From the IMG/VR virus record IMGVR_UViG_3300021168_000026, positions 5,255-69,254 of that record: a DNA stretch of 64,000 bases; one strand, written 5' to 3'. Origin of the DNA: a virus. The notes under the pieces are model-generated. The model saw only the letters and a list, made by a program, of their open reading frames with translations. It did not search any database and was not told where the DNA came from. The translations under genes were made by a program, and so were the position numbers. Positions 10,891 to 22,107 of the stretch are shown piece after piece; positions within the stretch are counted from its first letter, which is position 1; the number at the start of each line of letters is the position of its first letter.

Positions 10891-11292
10891 ATGCCGCCGC
10901 GGCAGGTCGGCGGGTGGCCTCTCAGCGCCCTCATCCAAGGGATTCAGACGGTTGCGGGCGGGTCACCGGCTAACCATCTCATCGAGTTGCCAGTTTCCTT
11001 TGACATGACCTCGGTGTTGATCCTAGGCCAAGTGGCCGAGGGCTCTAGGGTATTAGGCGTCTACCTGTTGGTAGAATCCCCCTTCGACGACCCCGCTGCT
11101 TTTATCGAGCTAGGAACGAGTCTCAATCACTCGTTACTATTCGGGCTGGGAGACGCCCTCTTGACCAAAGTCGGACAATACGATAAGGACGATATTATCA
11201 TCTTCCCTGCAACCGACGTGCTCGCCCTACGCATGCACCCCGGTGCCTCGACACAAGGCAGCGGCCTGCTGCTGTATGAGGTCCTCGGATGA
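10891..11292 (+). CDS. Small beta-sandwich virion protein (decoration/spike-base-like)
   Basis: Shares the VGGW.L.A.. N-motif with the fibres; beta pattern resembles the C-domain of the next gene. Confidence 0.55.
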   Translation: MPPRQVGGWPLSALIQGIQTVAGGSPANHLIELPVSFDMTSVLILGQVAEGSRVLGVYLLVESPFDDPAAFIELGTSLNHSLLFGLGDALLTKVGQYDKDDIIIFPATDVLALRMHPGASTQGSGLLLYEVLG

Positions 11293-11819
11293 GCCTCTGG
11301 TCAAAGATTCGTGGCACCATCGAGACAATTTTCCAGATTGGGCTGGGAGGGCCACAGCTCAAAAATAACGGCGGTGCCGTCGAAGTCCGCAACGCTGCGG
11401 ACACGGCCTTCGCCATCGCGCGCGGCGCGACACCGGTAGCGGCCAACGACCTCACGACGAAAGCCTACGTTGACTCTGGGGGAGCTTCAGGGGCAGTCGC
11501 GGAGATTCGTTTCGCGATCGGCACCGGCGCTACCCAAAACAGCGCTACCCAGATCCCCGCTGGGGCGTTCATCTCCAGCACCGAAGTCGAGATCACTACC
11601 CCCTACAGCGGTGGAGCGACGATCACGGTAGGCCAGACTGGCACCCCGGCCCTTCTCCAAGCGACGAGCGACAACGCGCCAACGCTTGCGGGGACCTACC
11701 AAGTCAACGGTGATACGGCTTGGGGCGCTTCCCCGTTGACAGTACTGGTCACCGTCGGCGGCGCGCCCGGGGCCGGCGCTGGCTTCGTCATCGTTCGCTA
11801 CAGCGAGACTCTCCCGTGA
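11289..11819 (+). CDS. Virion beta-sandwich protein
   Basis: DLTTKAYVD fibre-type motif; IPAGA.I....V.I...Y...TITVG domain. Confidence 0.6.
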   Translation: MSLWSKIRGTIETIFQIGLGGPQLKNNGGAVEVRNAADTAFAIARGATPVAANDLTTKAYVDSGGASGAVAEIRFAIGTGATQNSATQIPAGAFISSTEVEITTPYSGGATITVGQTGTPALLQATSDNAPTLAGTYQVNGDTAWGASPLTVLVTVGGAPGAGAGFVIVRYSETLP

Positions 11820-12094
11820 GCCTCTGGAGTAAGCTGCGAGGAACGAGCGAGCAAGCTTTTCAGATTGGCCTCGGTGGGCCTCAATTGGCCAACGACCCCG
11901 CGAGCCCTCAGCCGGGGGGAGTTGTCGCCGCGTATGATCCCACTGGGTCTTTCTACATCCCGATGCGGGCAGCTCCCCCGGTCACGCCTGACGATGTGGT
12001 CAACGCGCGGGCGCTCGAAGAAGAGCTCGAGAAGCGCCTCAAACCCATTTTAGCTCGACTGAATAAGCCTAAGAGGAAGGGAGTTTACCGATGA
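11816..12094 (+). CDS. Paralog of the N-terminal part of 11289-11819
   Basis: SLWSKLRGTSEQAFQIGLGGPQL versus SLWSKIRGTIETIFQIGLGGPQL; GTG start. Confidence 0.65.
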   Translation: MSLWSKLRGTSEQAFQIGLGGPQLANDPASPQPGGVVAAYDPTGSFYIPMRAAPPVTPDDVVNARALEEELEKRLKPILARLNKPKRKGVYR

Positions 12095-12828
12095 GCGACG
12101 AGGGTTCGGGCGTCGTCATTGCACGACAGCTCCCACAGCCTTGGAGCGACGGCAACAACACCTCCTATCCGATTCGCGGAGGCCGCTACCGCGAGGCCTA
12201 CTCGGTCAGCGTCTACCCCGACTTCAAGGCCTCGGCGGATGAAGGTAGCTTTTTCACTGGCACCAACCCCACCTTCGGCACTGCGGTAGCTGGCCCCAAC
12301 GCCGCGGCCTTCTCGGCCACCAGCGCGGTCTTGAGCCTCCTCAATAGAGCCGGGGCCAACGGCGTCAGGACCTACCTGAGTTACTTGCGCTTGGTGTTGG
12401 TAACGATCCCCACGGCTGGCACCAGTTTGGAGTGCGCCGTGACCCTCGACAGCATCCCCCGGGGAAGTGCCGGCACCCCGATTACTTTGGCCACGGTCAA
12501 TCTCGACTCGGCGACGCCGGGGCCGGCGACAACAGCGCTTTACAACCCGACGGTAGCCGCGGCTTCCAACGGCGCACGCAACATTGCTCGGGCCAAGGTC
12601 AAAGCTGCTACGCCCGTCACGGGCGACGAGTATCTGCTCATCTTCGGCTCGGTTGAGATGGCCGGGGCTCTCGTAGCCTCGGCAGCTACAGCAGGTCGCT
12701 ACCTAGTCCCTATGCCTCCGGTGATCATCGGGCCGGGTAACACCCAGAGTGCACTGGTTCACCTATGGAGCCCCGGTAGTTCGGCGGCCCCGACGTTCGA
12801 GTTCGAGCTCGGGGTCATCGAGCGCTAA
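12091..12828 (+). CDS. Putative beta-rich virion structural protein
   Basis: Ala/Thr/Gly-rich, lies in the fibre operon. Confidence 0.55.
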   Translation: MSDEGSGVVIARQLPQPWSDGNNTSYPIRGGRYREAYSVSVYPDFKASADEGSFFTGTNPTFGTAVAGPNAAAFSATSAVLSLLNRAGANGVRTYLSYLRLVLVTIPTAGTSLECAVTLDSIPRGSAGTPITLATVNLDSATPGPATTALYNPTVAAASNGARNIARAKVKAATPVTGDEYLLIFGSVEMAGALVASAATAGRYLVPMPPVIIGPGNTQSALVHLWSPGSSAAPTFEFELGVIER

Positions 12829-12944
12829 ATTGAGGCCTCTCAGGCCCAGGTAGCCAAGCGGCCTACATTGCGCTACGCTCTCTCCTAGCTGACAGGCGGG
12901 GCCCCGAAAGCCCCCGACGTCCACCAAGAGAGGCGAGTTCAACC

Positions 12945-13547
12945 ATGGGCAGCAACGCGGGCCGAGGGGCACTAAACCTCGATAGTTGGGATCTTGCAGC
13001 GCTTTTGCAGCGCATGGGGAACATCGTCAGTGGTGGGGCTACCGGCGCAACTGGGCCGACAGGCCCAACCGGACCGACCGGGCCAACGGGAGTCACCGGT
13101 GTAACCGGACCTGCTGGAGTCGGGGCGCCTGTCATCTCGAGCTTCTTCGCACTCATGCCGGGGGACAACGCCGCGACGGTCGCTGTCGGCGCGCCGGTGC
13201 AGTTCCCGCAAAACGGGCCTACGACTGCGCCCCCCGCTGCAACGCGAGCTACCGCATCGACCTTCACCGTTCCCCTCACCGGGATCTACCGAGTCGCTTG
13301 GCAAGTAAGCGTCACGGAGCCTGGCCAGTTGCAGGTTGCCCTCAACGGCACCGGTGTCGCGAACACCGTCGCGGGCCGCGCTACTGGTACGAGCCAGATA
13401 TCCAACAGCGTTCTGGTGAACGTCACGGCCGGGCAGACGGTCAGCATCATCAACCCAGTCGGTAACGCGGCGGCTCTTACGATCACCCCCATCGCCGGTG
13501 GCGCAAGCGCCGTCAGCGCATGGGTTACGATCGAGAAGTTGAGCTAA
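12945..13547 (+). CDS. Collagen-like fibre protein 2 with BclA-CTD/C1q-like head
   Basis: G-X-T repeats; FTVP.TG.Y.V.WQV...ALNG...ITP..GG..V.A.VTIEK head; N-terminus nearly identical to fibre 1. Confidence 0.8.
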   Translation: MGSNAGRGALNLDSWDLAALLQRMGNIVSGGATGATGPTGPTGPTGPTGVTGVTGPAGVGAPVISSFFALMPGDNAATVAVGAPVQFPQNGPTTAPPAATRATASTFTVPLTGIYRVAWQVSVTEPGQLQVALNGTGVANTVAGRATGTSQISNSVLVNVTAGQTVSIINPVGNAAALTITPIAGGASAVSAWVTIEKLS

Positions 13548-13550
13548 GCC

Positions 13551-14928
<1,378 letters not shown>

Positions 14929-14943
14929 GCCAAGAGGTCAGAA

Positions 14944-16422
14944 ATGTTGAAGCGATTGTTACTCGCGGCCCTCGTTATGGGGATCGCGTGCCAGCCGGGG
15001 CCGATCACTCTGCTCGATGCCTCGATTGAGGCCACGTTGAGCGATGTGCAGGTCGCGGCCTGCACCGGGGCCGATGGGTCGTGGCGATGCGCTTTGGCCA
15101 AGCCTCACACCCTCAAGGCTGCCCCCCAACCGCTAGTCCCGGCTTCCTGGAGTGTCGCTACCTGGTTTCTCGACAAGCAAAATGTCAGCGGTACGGCTAG
15201 CGATACCAACGATTGTGCGACTTCTACTACAGCGTGTCTCCATTTCGGGGAGATTGCCCTGCACCGATGGGGTACCTACGCACCCGCATTGCAGCAGACG
15301 ACTACGATCAACACCTTGAGCGGATGGCTGACGGCTGATCTGGCCGACCCATTCAACTGGCTTGGTACTGGCGGTGTCTTGCAGATGTACGCAACTCTAG
15401 GGGCGGCCGATACGGTCGGCAGCGGTGTGCTCGCGGGAACTGTTGCGAAGAACGCGGCCACGAACACTCTCCTCCAGGAGACGCTGATTGCTGGGGCCGC
15501 GGCCGGGCAGATGATTCAGAATACGACTCACCCGAGCATCGGGTTCGTCTTCAACTCGCTTGGCGGTGGCAATTTCGAGATCTCCCAGCCCATGAGTAAC
15601 GGGGGGGCGCCTAACTTTATCGTTGGGGCGGAAAATAACTCTTGGGCTGATGGGGATGCGTATACGCTCTTCAACCTGCCTGGGATCAATATAGGCCAGA
15701 TCAACGCGTCTCGGTCGATTGTAGTCTTCAACTTCCAGAAGAAGGTTCTCGCGAACTCAAGTAACACTATCGGCGCTGTCATCATACGAAATTCGAATAT
15801 ACTCGGGCCCGCAGGATCATCATCAGTCGCTTTCAACCCAACTCCCGGCACCGGGTCGACCCTTGCCAACGTAGACGTTAGTGGGTGTAACGTTAGCCAG
15901 TCCAACCTGAGCCCTATCGTGAGCCAGTCTGGTGTGGCCACGGGGTTCAACATTGTAGCCGGAGACTACCGTAACAATGGGAGCGCGGGGGCCTTCCAGG
16001 GGGAGGTTGCTATCTCCGGAGATTGGATTTGCGGTGGAGGTGCTACTGGGTCGTGTGCCTTGCACGGCGGAAAGGTAACCGCTAATGCGCTTTGGGCGCG
16101 CATACCCATGCGTGTCACGGAAGACACTTTGATCTTCTCAGCTGGTGCCACCTTCGCCGGCAATCAAACCCTCGATATACAGCGGGCAGGTCGAGTAGTG
16201 TGGAATAGCGGTAATACAGCTACCGCCACATTCCTACAGACAGCTGGCACGCCCTTTCTCCTCAATGGAGTCAGTACGGCATGCTCCCTCACAGCGGCTG
16301 CCGTATGGGCGTGCGGTGTCACCGTCAACCAAGCCAACCTGGACGCGGCAGCGGGCGTAGCGGGCTTCGGCGGTAACGCGATCGGTACATTTGGAGCGCG
16401 TCTAAACAACGCCGCAAATTAG
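14944..16422 (+). CDS. Large secreted/lipoprotein-like beta-rich protein, putative receptor binding
   Basis: Signal peptide ending GIAC; G.ASD.N.C......CL motif; Asn/Gly-rich. Confidence 0.55.
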   Translation: MLKRLLLAALVMGIACQPGPITLLDASIEATLSDVQVAACTGADGSWRCALAKPHTLKAAPQPLVPASWSVATWFLDKQNVSGTASDTNDCATSTTACLHFGEIALHRWGTYAPALQQTTTINTLSGWLTADLADPFNWLGTGGVLQMYATLGAADTVGSGVLAGTVAKNAATNTLLQETLIAGAAAGQMIQNTTHPSIGFVFNSLGGGNFEISQPMSNGGAPNFIVGAENNSWADGDAYTLFNLPGINIGQINASRSIVVFNFQKKVLANSSNTIGAVIIRNSNILGPAGSSSVAFNPTPGTGSTLANVDVSGCNVSQSNLSPIVSQSGVATGFNIVAGDYRNNGSAGAFQGEVAISGDWICGGGATGSCALHGGKVTANALWARIPMRVTEDTLIFSAGATFAGNQTLDIQRAGRVVWNSGNTATATFLQTAGTPFLLNGVSTACSLTAAAVWACGVTVNQANLDAAAGVAGFGGNAIGTFGARLNNAAN

Positions 16423-16425
16423 GGT

Positions 16426-16806
16426 TCAACGGGCCGGGGCCCAGCGCTCCCAGTCGCTCCTCAGCATCAACACCCCGACGCCCTCCAGCTGCAAATTGGG
16501 GTTTCTCGTCTCGCACGCGAGCAACACCAAGCTCGAGTTTGACGGCTGAGTCTCGCTGGGGTGGCAGCGCTCCGAGTTGATGTAGACGGGCAACCCCGGC
16601 GGCTCTACCGGGGCGCAGACCGGCCTAGGCTGGCTCGGGGCGCACCCGAATAAGGCTAGTAGCCCCAGGATGACGGCCAGCAGGCCGAGGGCTACTAGGC
16701 CCCACCAGGGCCCTCGGCAAGGTGCTGGAGAAGCCCTACGACCAGGTGGAGGCTTTGGTAGCGGCGGCCCGAGGCGGCGGTAGGGGCTCACTGGCAGGCA
16801 GCCCAT
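16426..16806 (-). CDS. Membrane/lipoprotein
   Basis: Hydrophobic helix ending LFGC. Confidence 0.5.
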   Translation of the reverse strand: MGCLPVSPYRRLGPPLPKPPPGRRASPAPCRGPWWGLVALGLLAVILGLLALFGCAPSQPRPVCAPVEPPGLPVYINSERCHPSETQPSNSSLVLLACETRNPNLQLEGVGVLMLRSDWERWAPAR

Positions 16807-16870
16807 AGACTAGTCACTAGCAGGGTCCCCGCGGCGCTGATGAGGAAGACACCGATGATCTCTAGCACTC

Positions 16871-17104
16871 TCATTTCTCTTTACCTGGAAGGAGAGACTC
16901 GATCGCGGCCCGGCCCTTAGCCGTGAGCAACGCGCGGTCAGCCGAGCGCCATATGTCGTCTTCCACCAGCCCTTCAGCCTTGAGAGCCTTGATGACCCGG
17001 GGGCTGCCTAGGACGACACTACGACCACCCGTCCAAGACTCTAGACACCCCGCCAGGGTATCGCGCATCGCTTTGGTGAGCTTCATTTGAGGGTCACTCG
17101 TCAT
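16871..17104 (-). CDS. Small winged-helix-like protein
   Basis: L..EGLVE...LT.KGR pattern. Confidence 0.5.
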   Translation of the reverse strand: MTSDPQMKLTKAMRDTLAGCLESWTGGRSVVLGSPRVIKALKAEGLVEDDIWRSADRALLTAKGRAAIESLLPGKEK

Positions 17105-17288
17105 CCCAGAGGTCGCCCTCGACGAAGCCCCCCTGGAGCTCTCCGTAGAGGATCACTACACCCTTCGGATGTAGCCATCCGATGACCGATTTGTTGTCAT
17201 CCCAAACAGGTAATAGTTTTACCTGATAGAGATCTTGTTCGGTCAAGACCACAGTGTCGTCAAGCACGCAGTCGCGGAAATGAGGCAT
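17094..17288 (-). CDS. Hypothetical protein
   Basis: Tiled ORF in the minus-strand operon. Confidence 0.45.
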   Translation of the reverse strand: MPHFRDCVLDDTVVLTEQDLYQVKLLPVWDDNKSVIGWLHPKGVVILYGELQGGFVEGDLWDDE

Positions 17289-17594
17289 TTAGTCGATCTG
17301 TGTGACTTCCTGCTCGGCACGGCCGCGGAAGTAGTAGAGATCCCCGCGGGATACGACCTTGAGCACGTCGCCACCGTGACCGAAGGGGCCCTTGCCGGCG
17401 TAGTCAGAGATCGCCTTCACCGCATCGCTCCGGGCTGCGATTGCGGTGTCGACGCCCTTCTTGGCCTCGGCCACGGCCTCGTCAGCGCGGGCGTAGGCCT
17501 TGAAGAGCTCGACGAGCTTCTTCTTGCTCACTTCCCGAACCTCAGTGGGTTGCTCGACCTCGGTAGCACCAGAACCATTCTTCTTGGTCTTCAT
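17289..17594 (-). CDS. Hypothetical protein
   Basis: Strong RBS (gggag), biased codons. Confidence 0.6.
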   Translation of the reverse strand: MKTKKNGSGATEVEQPTEVREVSKKKLVELFKAYARADEAVAEAKKGVDTAIAARSDAVKAISDYAGKGPFGHGGDVLKVVSRGDLYYFRGRAEQEVTQID

Positions 17595-17616
17595 TTGATG
17601 ATCTCCCTATTCAAGG

Positions 17617-18822
17617 TCAGTCCTTGATTGCTCGTAATTCTAATCGCTCCGAGGACTCTACGCAACCCAGTTTTTCGAGTCTAGCGATTTCTCTCCCACC
17701 TTTCACTTCACCTAAAGCCCTCTTGATACTCGCTTGAGACAAATTGGTGTAGCTCCGGGAGACTAACCCTACAAACTGCCCGTCAGGTCTCGGTATGGGC
17801 CCTGATTTCTCTACCAAACTGCGAATCTCTTCCCTCAACATATCGGCCAGCCGATTGAACTGTTTCTCGTAGGCCTGGAGTTTTTGGTGCATGGCCCCGG
17901 CCTTCTCAAGAGTGAGAGCGCCCCGGGGCCGGCCAAGATCATCGAGAGCGGTCGTTTGCGTAGGGCAGATGGCGAAGCCGGGGCATTGGCCGCAATGGCC
18001 GTTGGGGTTGAGGTAGCTGCCGCCAATCTTAGCGTAGGCTTCTTGTAGCTCTCTCGCAAAATACATGAGGGCTTGCTCAGAGAGCTCCAAAGCCAACACC
18101 TCGGGAGGAGTGTCAACTTGGGCGGTGAAGAACCCGATGATGATTCGGTCAGCCTGATAGAGACTCTTCGCAGCCAAGGCCAACGAAAGGAGTTGGCCCG
18201 ACTCAGCAACGCTGGGGATGTCATAGCCCGTCTTATGGTCCAGGACTAGGCAAGCTCTTTGATTGAGCGCTAGACCAGAATTATAGCTAGCTAGACTTAG
18301 AAGATCGACGGTACCGGGGTGTTGCCAACGAGTCACTTGGTAATGGTGGCTCTCGTCGTGCGGCGGTATCGCTATCCCACAGCCTCTCGCGAGGTCATAG
18401 GCCATCGGAACCTCTACCCGCAAATCACGAGTGAAGTCGAGGCCGAACTCATTGGACTTGAGCCACTTCCAGAGAATAGGCGCCGCTTGCCATAATCTAT
18501 TTTGGAGTTTCGTTGGGTCGACTCCCCATTTGGCGGCTAACTTACGAGTGGCTCCATAGGTTTTTTTCGTCAAAGACGCCGCTATCCCCTCGTGGAAGGC
18601 GCTCCCGAAGAGAGCCGGTTCACCGACTTCCTCAGCTGGAACCTCTTTGCCTACCCACCACTGGCAGCGTAAGAGCAGATCAGTCTTAGAAGCTGTAGCT
18701 TGCAATACCCGCAGCTTGGGCTTCTCCGGCTTAGCTAACTCTTTGGATAGCTCTTTGGACAACGAGGCTATGCGTGCCTTCTTGTCGGGCAGTAGCCGCA
18801 GATGTCTCTTAGCCACGGCCAA
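17617..18822 (-). CDS. PD-(D/E)XK (RecB/Cas4-like) phage exonuclease
   Basis: GSAFH, E, GTVD, DHKTG, QL, C..C.....C. Confidence 0.8.
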   Translation of the reverse strand: MAVAKRHLRLLPDKKARIASLSKELSKELAKPEKPKLRVLQATASKTDLLLRCQWWVGKEVPAEEVGEPALFGSAFHEGIAASLTKKTYGATRKLAAKWGVDPTKLQNRLWQAAPILWKWLKSNEFGLDFTRDLRVEVPMAYDLARGCGIAIPPHDESHHYQVTRWQHPGTVDLLSLASYNSGLALNQRACLVLDHKTGYDIPSVAESGQLLSLALAAKSLYQADRIIIGFFTAQVDTPPEVLALELSEQALMYFARELQEAYAKIGGSYLNPNGHCGQCPGFAICPTQTTALDDLGRPRGALTLEKAGAMHQKLQAYEKQFNRLADMLREEIRSLVEKSGPIPRPDGQFVGLVSRSYTNLSQASIKRALGEVKGGREIARLEKLGCVESSERLELRAIKD

Positions 18823-19305
18823 CTATATTCCAGAGCCTTTGAGCCGCCCGGCGCGCCCGCCTGACGAGCCTGCGGATCCTTCTTCGTCTCCACCTCATAG
18901 CTTTATCTCCCTGCCTATGATCATTTGACTGGTAAGTGCCTCAAATAGCCCTTGCCTGTTCGCTCGGCGTAGAACTCTTCCCCCGAATCCTCATCGAGGA
19001 GGAGCGCTCCACCGTTCTCTAGCGCCCGAAGAAAAGTTGCGTTAGTCGTTCCCACAAATTGGGCGGCATCAGCCCCCCGCTTTCGCCTGAAGATGTCGAC
19101 TTTGACGAGTGGCCTGTAGAGTCGAGGCATTCGAGGAATCTCTCTCCCGCAGAGGTTATCTCAAACCATACCGCGCCCTCGGCGGCGCGCTGAAAAACCC
19201 GAATGAGGCCGGCTCGTGCGAGCTCTTCGCCGAAAGAGGGGGCCATCGTTGCTCGGCCTTCCCGAAAGGCTGCTTTCAGGGCTAGTATTGCTTTGGCCGA
19301 GATCA

Positions 19306-19497
19306 TCAGGCAGCCTTCTTGACCTTGCGCGGGCTATTCATGTGGCATTGCAGCGCAGCGCGGAGGTAAGCGCTGAAGGTCAACCCCGCGGCCTTGGCTG
19401 CCTTGCGGGCCTCGGCTTCGATGGGCTGGGGGAGCCTGATGCAAATCGGGGAGGGCTGCTTCTTGGGGGTATGGGGGGATTTCTTGGGCTTGGCCAT
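19306..19497 (-). CDS. Ribbon-helix-helix DNA-binding protein
   Basis: ICIRLP..IE....KAA...GLTFSAYLR.AL. Confidence 0.75.
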   Translation of the reverse strand: MAKPKKSPHTPKKQPSPICIRLPQPIEAEARKAAKAAGLTFSAYLRAALQCHMNSPRKVKKAA

Positions 19498-19570
19498 GGC
19501 TTAGCTCTGCTGGGGAGGTTAGGGTCTAGCTGCAAGGGGCTACCAGAATCGCGCCAGCGCCCTTGGCCAC

Positions 19571-19617
19571 TTGCAGCCAGGCCTAGAGAGTAATACGATG
19601 TCTGTCCTTGCGCAAGG
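19571..19617 (+). promoter_or_regulatory. Sigma70-like promoter with downstream palindrome (possible operator)
   Basis: TTGCAG-17 nt-TACGAT; perfect palindrome CCTTGCGCAAGG at 19606-19617. Confidence 0.5.
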
Positions 19618-19654
19618 GGCGCGCAACCTCCATCAAGGGCCAAAGGGAGATTGA

Positions 19655-21028
19655 ATGGCGAAACCTGAACGATCAGGGTGGTACCGTCTGCTCTTGCGTG
19701 GACCCAAGGGTGGGCTCAAGCAGTGCTTAGCGAACGCCGTCACAATCCTGTCTCATGATGTGGTCTGGAGTGGGGTGCTCGCCTACGATGAGTTTGCGAA
19801 CGGTCCCATCACCCTCAAGGAGCCGCGGTGGCACCCGGACGACAAGCCTGAGGGGTGCAAGCCGGGGCCCTGGACCGATGCCGATGACCTAAGGCTCTGT
19901 ACGTGGTTCGCTCGGAGCCACAAGCTGACGATTACCCCCCGGACGGCCGGGGAAGCCGTCTGCATAGTAGCTGGTAAGAAAAGAGTACACCCAGTCAGAG
20001 ACTGGCTCAAGTCACTCAAATGGGATGGTAAGAAAAGACTTGACGATTGGCTCATTCGTCTAGGCGGCGCCGAAGATTCATCTTACACCCGCGCTGTCTC
20101 AGCGAATTGGATGATTTCAGCTGTAGCTAGAATATTTGAGCCTGGGTGTCAGGCCGACCACGCGTTGATTTTGGAGGGAGCCCAAGGCGTAGGTAAATCC
20201 TCTTTACTTAGAATACTTGGAGGGGATGAGTGGTTCCTCGAGATGAGTGCCGATCTCTCTAACAAGGATGCGGAGCAAGACCTGTGGTGCAAGTGGATCG
20301 TCGAGCTCTCTGAGTTAGATTCTCTGAGCAGATCAGAGGTCACTCAAGCCAAGGGCTTCATCACCAAGCGTACCCCCCGATTTAGGGCCAGCTATGACCG
20401 GCGCTCCGGCAATTACCTGAGGCAGTGCGTCTTCGGGGGGACCACCAACGCGCGCCAGTACCTGAAGGACGACTCCGGAGCGAGAAGGTTCTGGCCGATC
20501 TTGATCCCCCGGGCCGTCAACCTCGCTGCACTGAGGAAGGAACGAGACCAACTCTGGGCCGAGTCCACCCATCGGTATCAGGCCGGTGAGGAGTGGCACT
20601 TCAAGGACCCGGCTCTCATCAAGGCCGCCGCGGAAGTTGCCGAGGAGCGGAGGCAGCAGGATCCGTGGGAAGAACCGGTACGGCGATGGCTCACGAACCC
20701 GAATCGAGTACGGACGGGGGTGACGACGCACCAATGTTTGGTGGACTGTCTCGGCTTCGAAACGAACCGCCTCGACAGGCGCGAAGAGATAAGAATCGGC
20801 TCGGTTTTGCGTGTTCTCAATTGGGAGCGGAGAAGGGAACGGCTCCCCTCAGGGGGCCTCGGCTACATTTACCGTCCCAAAGAAGACAGGCCGAACATCG
20901 GGAACAGTAGGGTACAGAAGGGAACACGGGACCTCGGGAAATTGGCTCTTGTTCCTAATGTTCCTAATGTTCCCATGCCTACGGGTGTATATAGAAAGCG
21001 TAAGCCCAAGGGGCCTAGGGGTGCATGA
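19655..21028 (+). CDS. VapE/VirE-like P-loop replicative helicase
   Basis: HPVRDWL..L.WDG, Walker A GAQGVGKS, ELSEL, GTTN..YL.D.SG.RRFWP. Confidence 0.88.
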   Translation: MAKPERSGWYRLLLRGPKGGLKQCLANAVTILSHDVVWSGVLAYDEFANGPITLKEPRWHPDDKPEGCKPGPWTDADDLRLCTWFARSHKLTITPRTAGEAVCIVAGKKRVHPVRDWLKSLKWDGKKRLDDWLIRLGGAEDSSYTRAVSANWMISAVARIFEPGCQADHALILEGAQGVGKSSLLRILGGDEWFLEMSADLSNKDAEQDLWCKWIVELSELDSLSRSEVTQAKGFITKRTPRFRASYDRRSGNYLRQCVFGGTTNARQYLKDDSGARRFWPILIPRAVNLAALRKERDQLWAESTHRYQAGEEWHFKDPALIKAAAEVAEERRQQDPWEEPVRRWLTNPNRVRTGVTTHQCLVDCLGFETNRLDRREEIRIGSVLRVLNWERRRERLPSGGLGYIYRPKEDRPNIGNSRVQKGTRDLGKLALVPNVPNVPMPTGVYRKRKPKGPRGA

Positions 21029-21112
21029 TCTATGTTTCTGGCGGGAGGTCGATTTAGATGGGTACAATAGGAACAATTCAAAAACGCCGAGAAAAACGGG
21101 GGTCGTGTTCCT
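20900..21112. repeat. GG(A/T)ACA iteron-like direct and inverted repeats, candidate origin
   Basis: Forward copies at 20900, 20910, 20920, 21060, 21069; inverted copies at 20950, 20959, 20968, 21106. Confidence 0.6.
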
Positions 21113-21405
21113 ATCATGGCAGCCTCAACAGGCAGTGTCGGGTAGGTTCTAGCCCGATCCACGGCGTGGGTGTCTTCGCAATACGCTTGATTTACGCAGG
21201 AGAACGGATTTCTCCGCCTCCGGGATGGCGCGGCTTCAATCACTCGTGCGATAGGAACGTCCGTCGACGTAGCCGGTGGCAACAAATGCCAACAGCGATG
21301 CGTGATGTCCAGGTTGGTGAAGAGCTGACAGTTTCTTACTGTGAGTTTGATCCTGACCCCGATCTTTGGATCTTGAAGATATGCAATTGTGAGGTGTGTC
21401 GATGA
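21058..21405 (+). CDS. Minimal SET-domain protein-lysine methyltransferase
   Basis: S.IHG.GVFA, FNHSC..N, RD...GEELTVSY, post-SET CNC..C; start uncertain. Confidence 0.8.
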   Translation: MGTIGTIQKRREKRGSCSYHGSLNRQCRVGSSPIHGVGVFAIRLIYAGERISPPPGWRGFNHSCDRNVRRRSRWQQMPTAMRDVQVGEELTVSYCEFDPDPDLWILKICNCEVCR

Positions 21406-21671
21406 TCATGAGGTGTACCGTGTGCGGAGACCCGGTCGAAAAAGGTCGGTTCTGTGCTCTACATTGGAGGCGCGTCATCAAAGCTTTCAAACGCGGGCTC
21501 CACCTAGCGGCGCGAGAAGCCATCGCTCGAGAAACAGATAGTTGGGGCGTCCACTGGCTATGCGAGCCTTTAGACCCCAGGTATGAGCTCACGCGATGGA
21601 ACTGCGGCGTCTATCACCAGCGGTATCTGAATGCGAAGGGTAGAGGCCGTTACAGGAGGCGGGAATCATGA
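21402..21671 (+). CDS. Hypothetical Cys/His protein
   Basis: C.VC...FC..H; start approximate. Confidence 0.45.
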   Translation: MIMRCTVCGDPVEKGRFCALHWRRVIKAFKRGLHLAAREAIARETDSWGVHWLCEPLDPRYELTRWNCGVYHQRYLNAKGRGRYRRRES

Positions 21672-21926
21672 GCCCCTATCGAAGCTCTGCGCGCCCCGCG
21701 CTCTCCAGCCGCGCCCCCCGCGCGTCGGTGTGGCGGCTCCTAGACGCCTGGAGCCGTGGTGTTTTTTCTCGGATGGCCCGTCATCGGCTATGGAAACAGC
21801 ACCGTAAGCTATGCTGTCCTCTGTGCCTTCGGGGCTACAGCCGTAGCCTCTTCCCTTGACGCACCCCCAGCACTGTGCCAAGCTACCGCTCGTACCGACA
21901 ATCTCCCTTGTTTGGTGCGCCCCGCT

Positions 21927-21967
21927 ACCGGCTGCCCCGACTCCACTCCGGGCAGCCGGTTTTTTTT
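21927..21967 (+). terminator. Intrinsic terminator
   Basis: ACCGGCTGCCC...GGGCAGCCGGT stem followed by a T-run. Confidence 0.85.
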
Positions 21968-22003
21968 GGCGAAGCAGCAAGGGGTAAAAAGAGCGTCTCA
22001 GAC

Positions 22004-22032
22004 TTGCAAAAGTTTTCTAGCGCGCTTAGGCT
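22004..22032 (+). promoter_or_regulatory. Sigma70-like promoter of the replication operon
   Basis: TTGCAA-17 nt-TAGGCT just after the terminator. Confidence 0.6.
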
Positions 22033-22107
22033 CTCCTTTCCGCTGGCCGACACGTCTCGTCTCCGCCAAGCGATGTCTCGGGCGCAACCCCAAACAAGAG
22101 GTAGAGG

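Noticed and set aside
17617-18822. Cas4-like nuclease suggesting a CRISPR system
   Set aside because: No repeat-spacer array or other cas genes; a common stand-alone phage exonuclease
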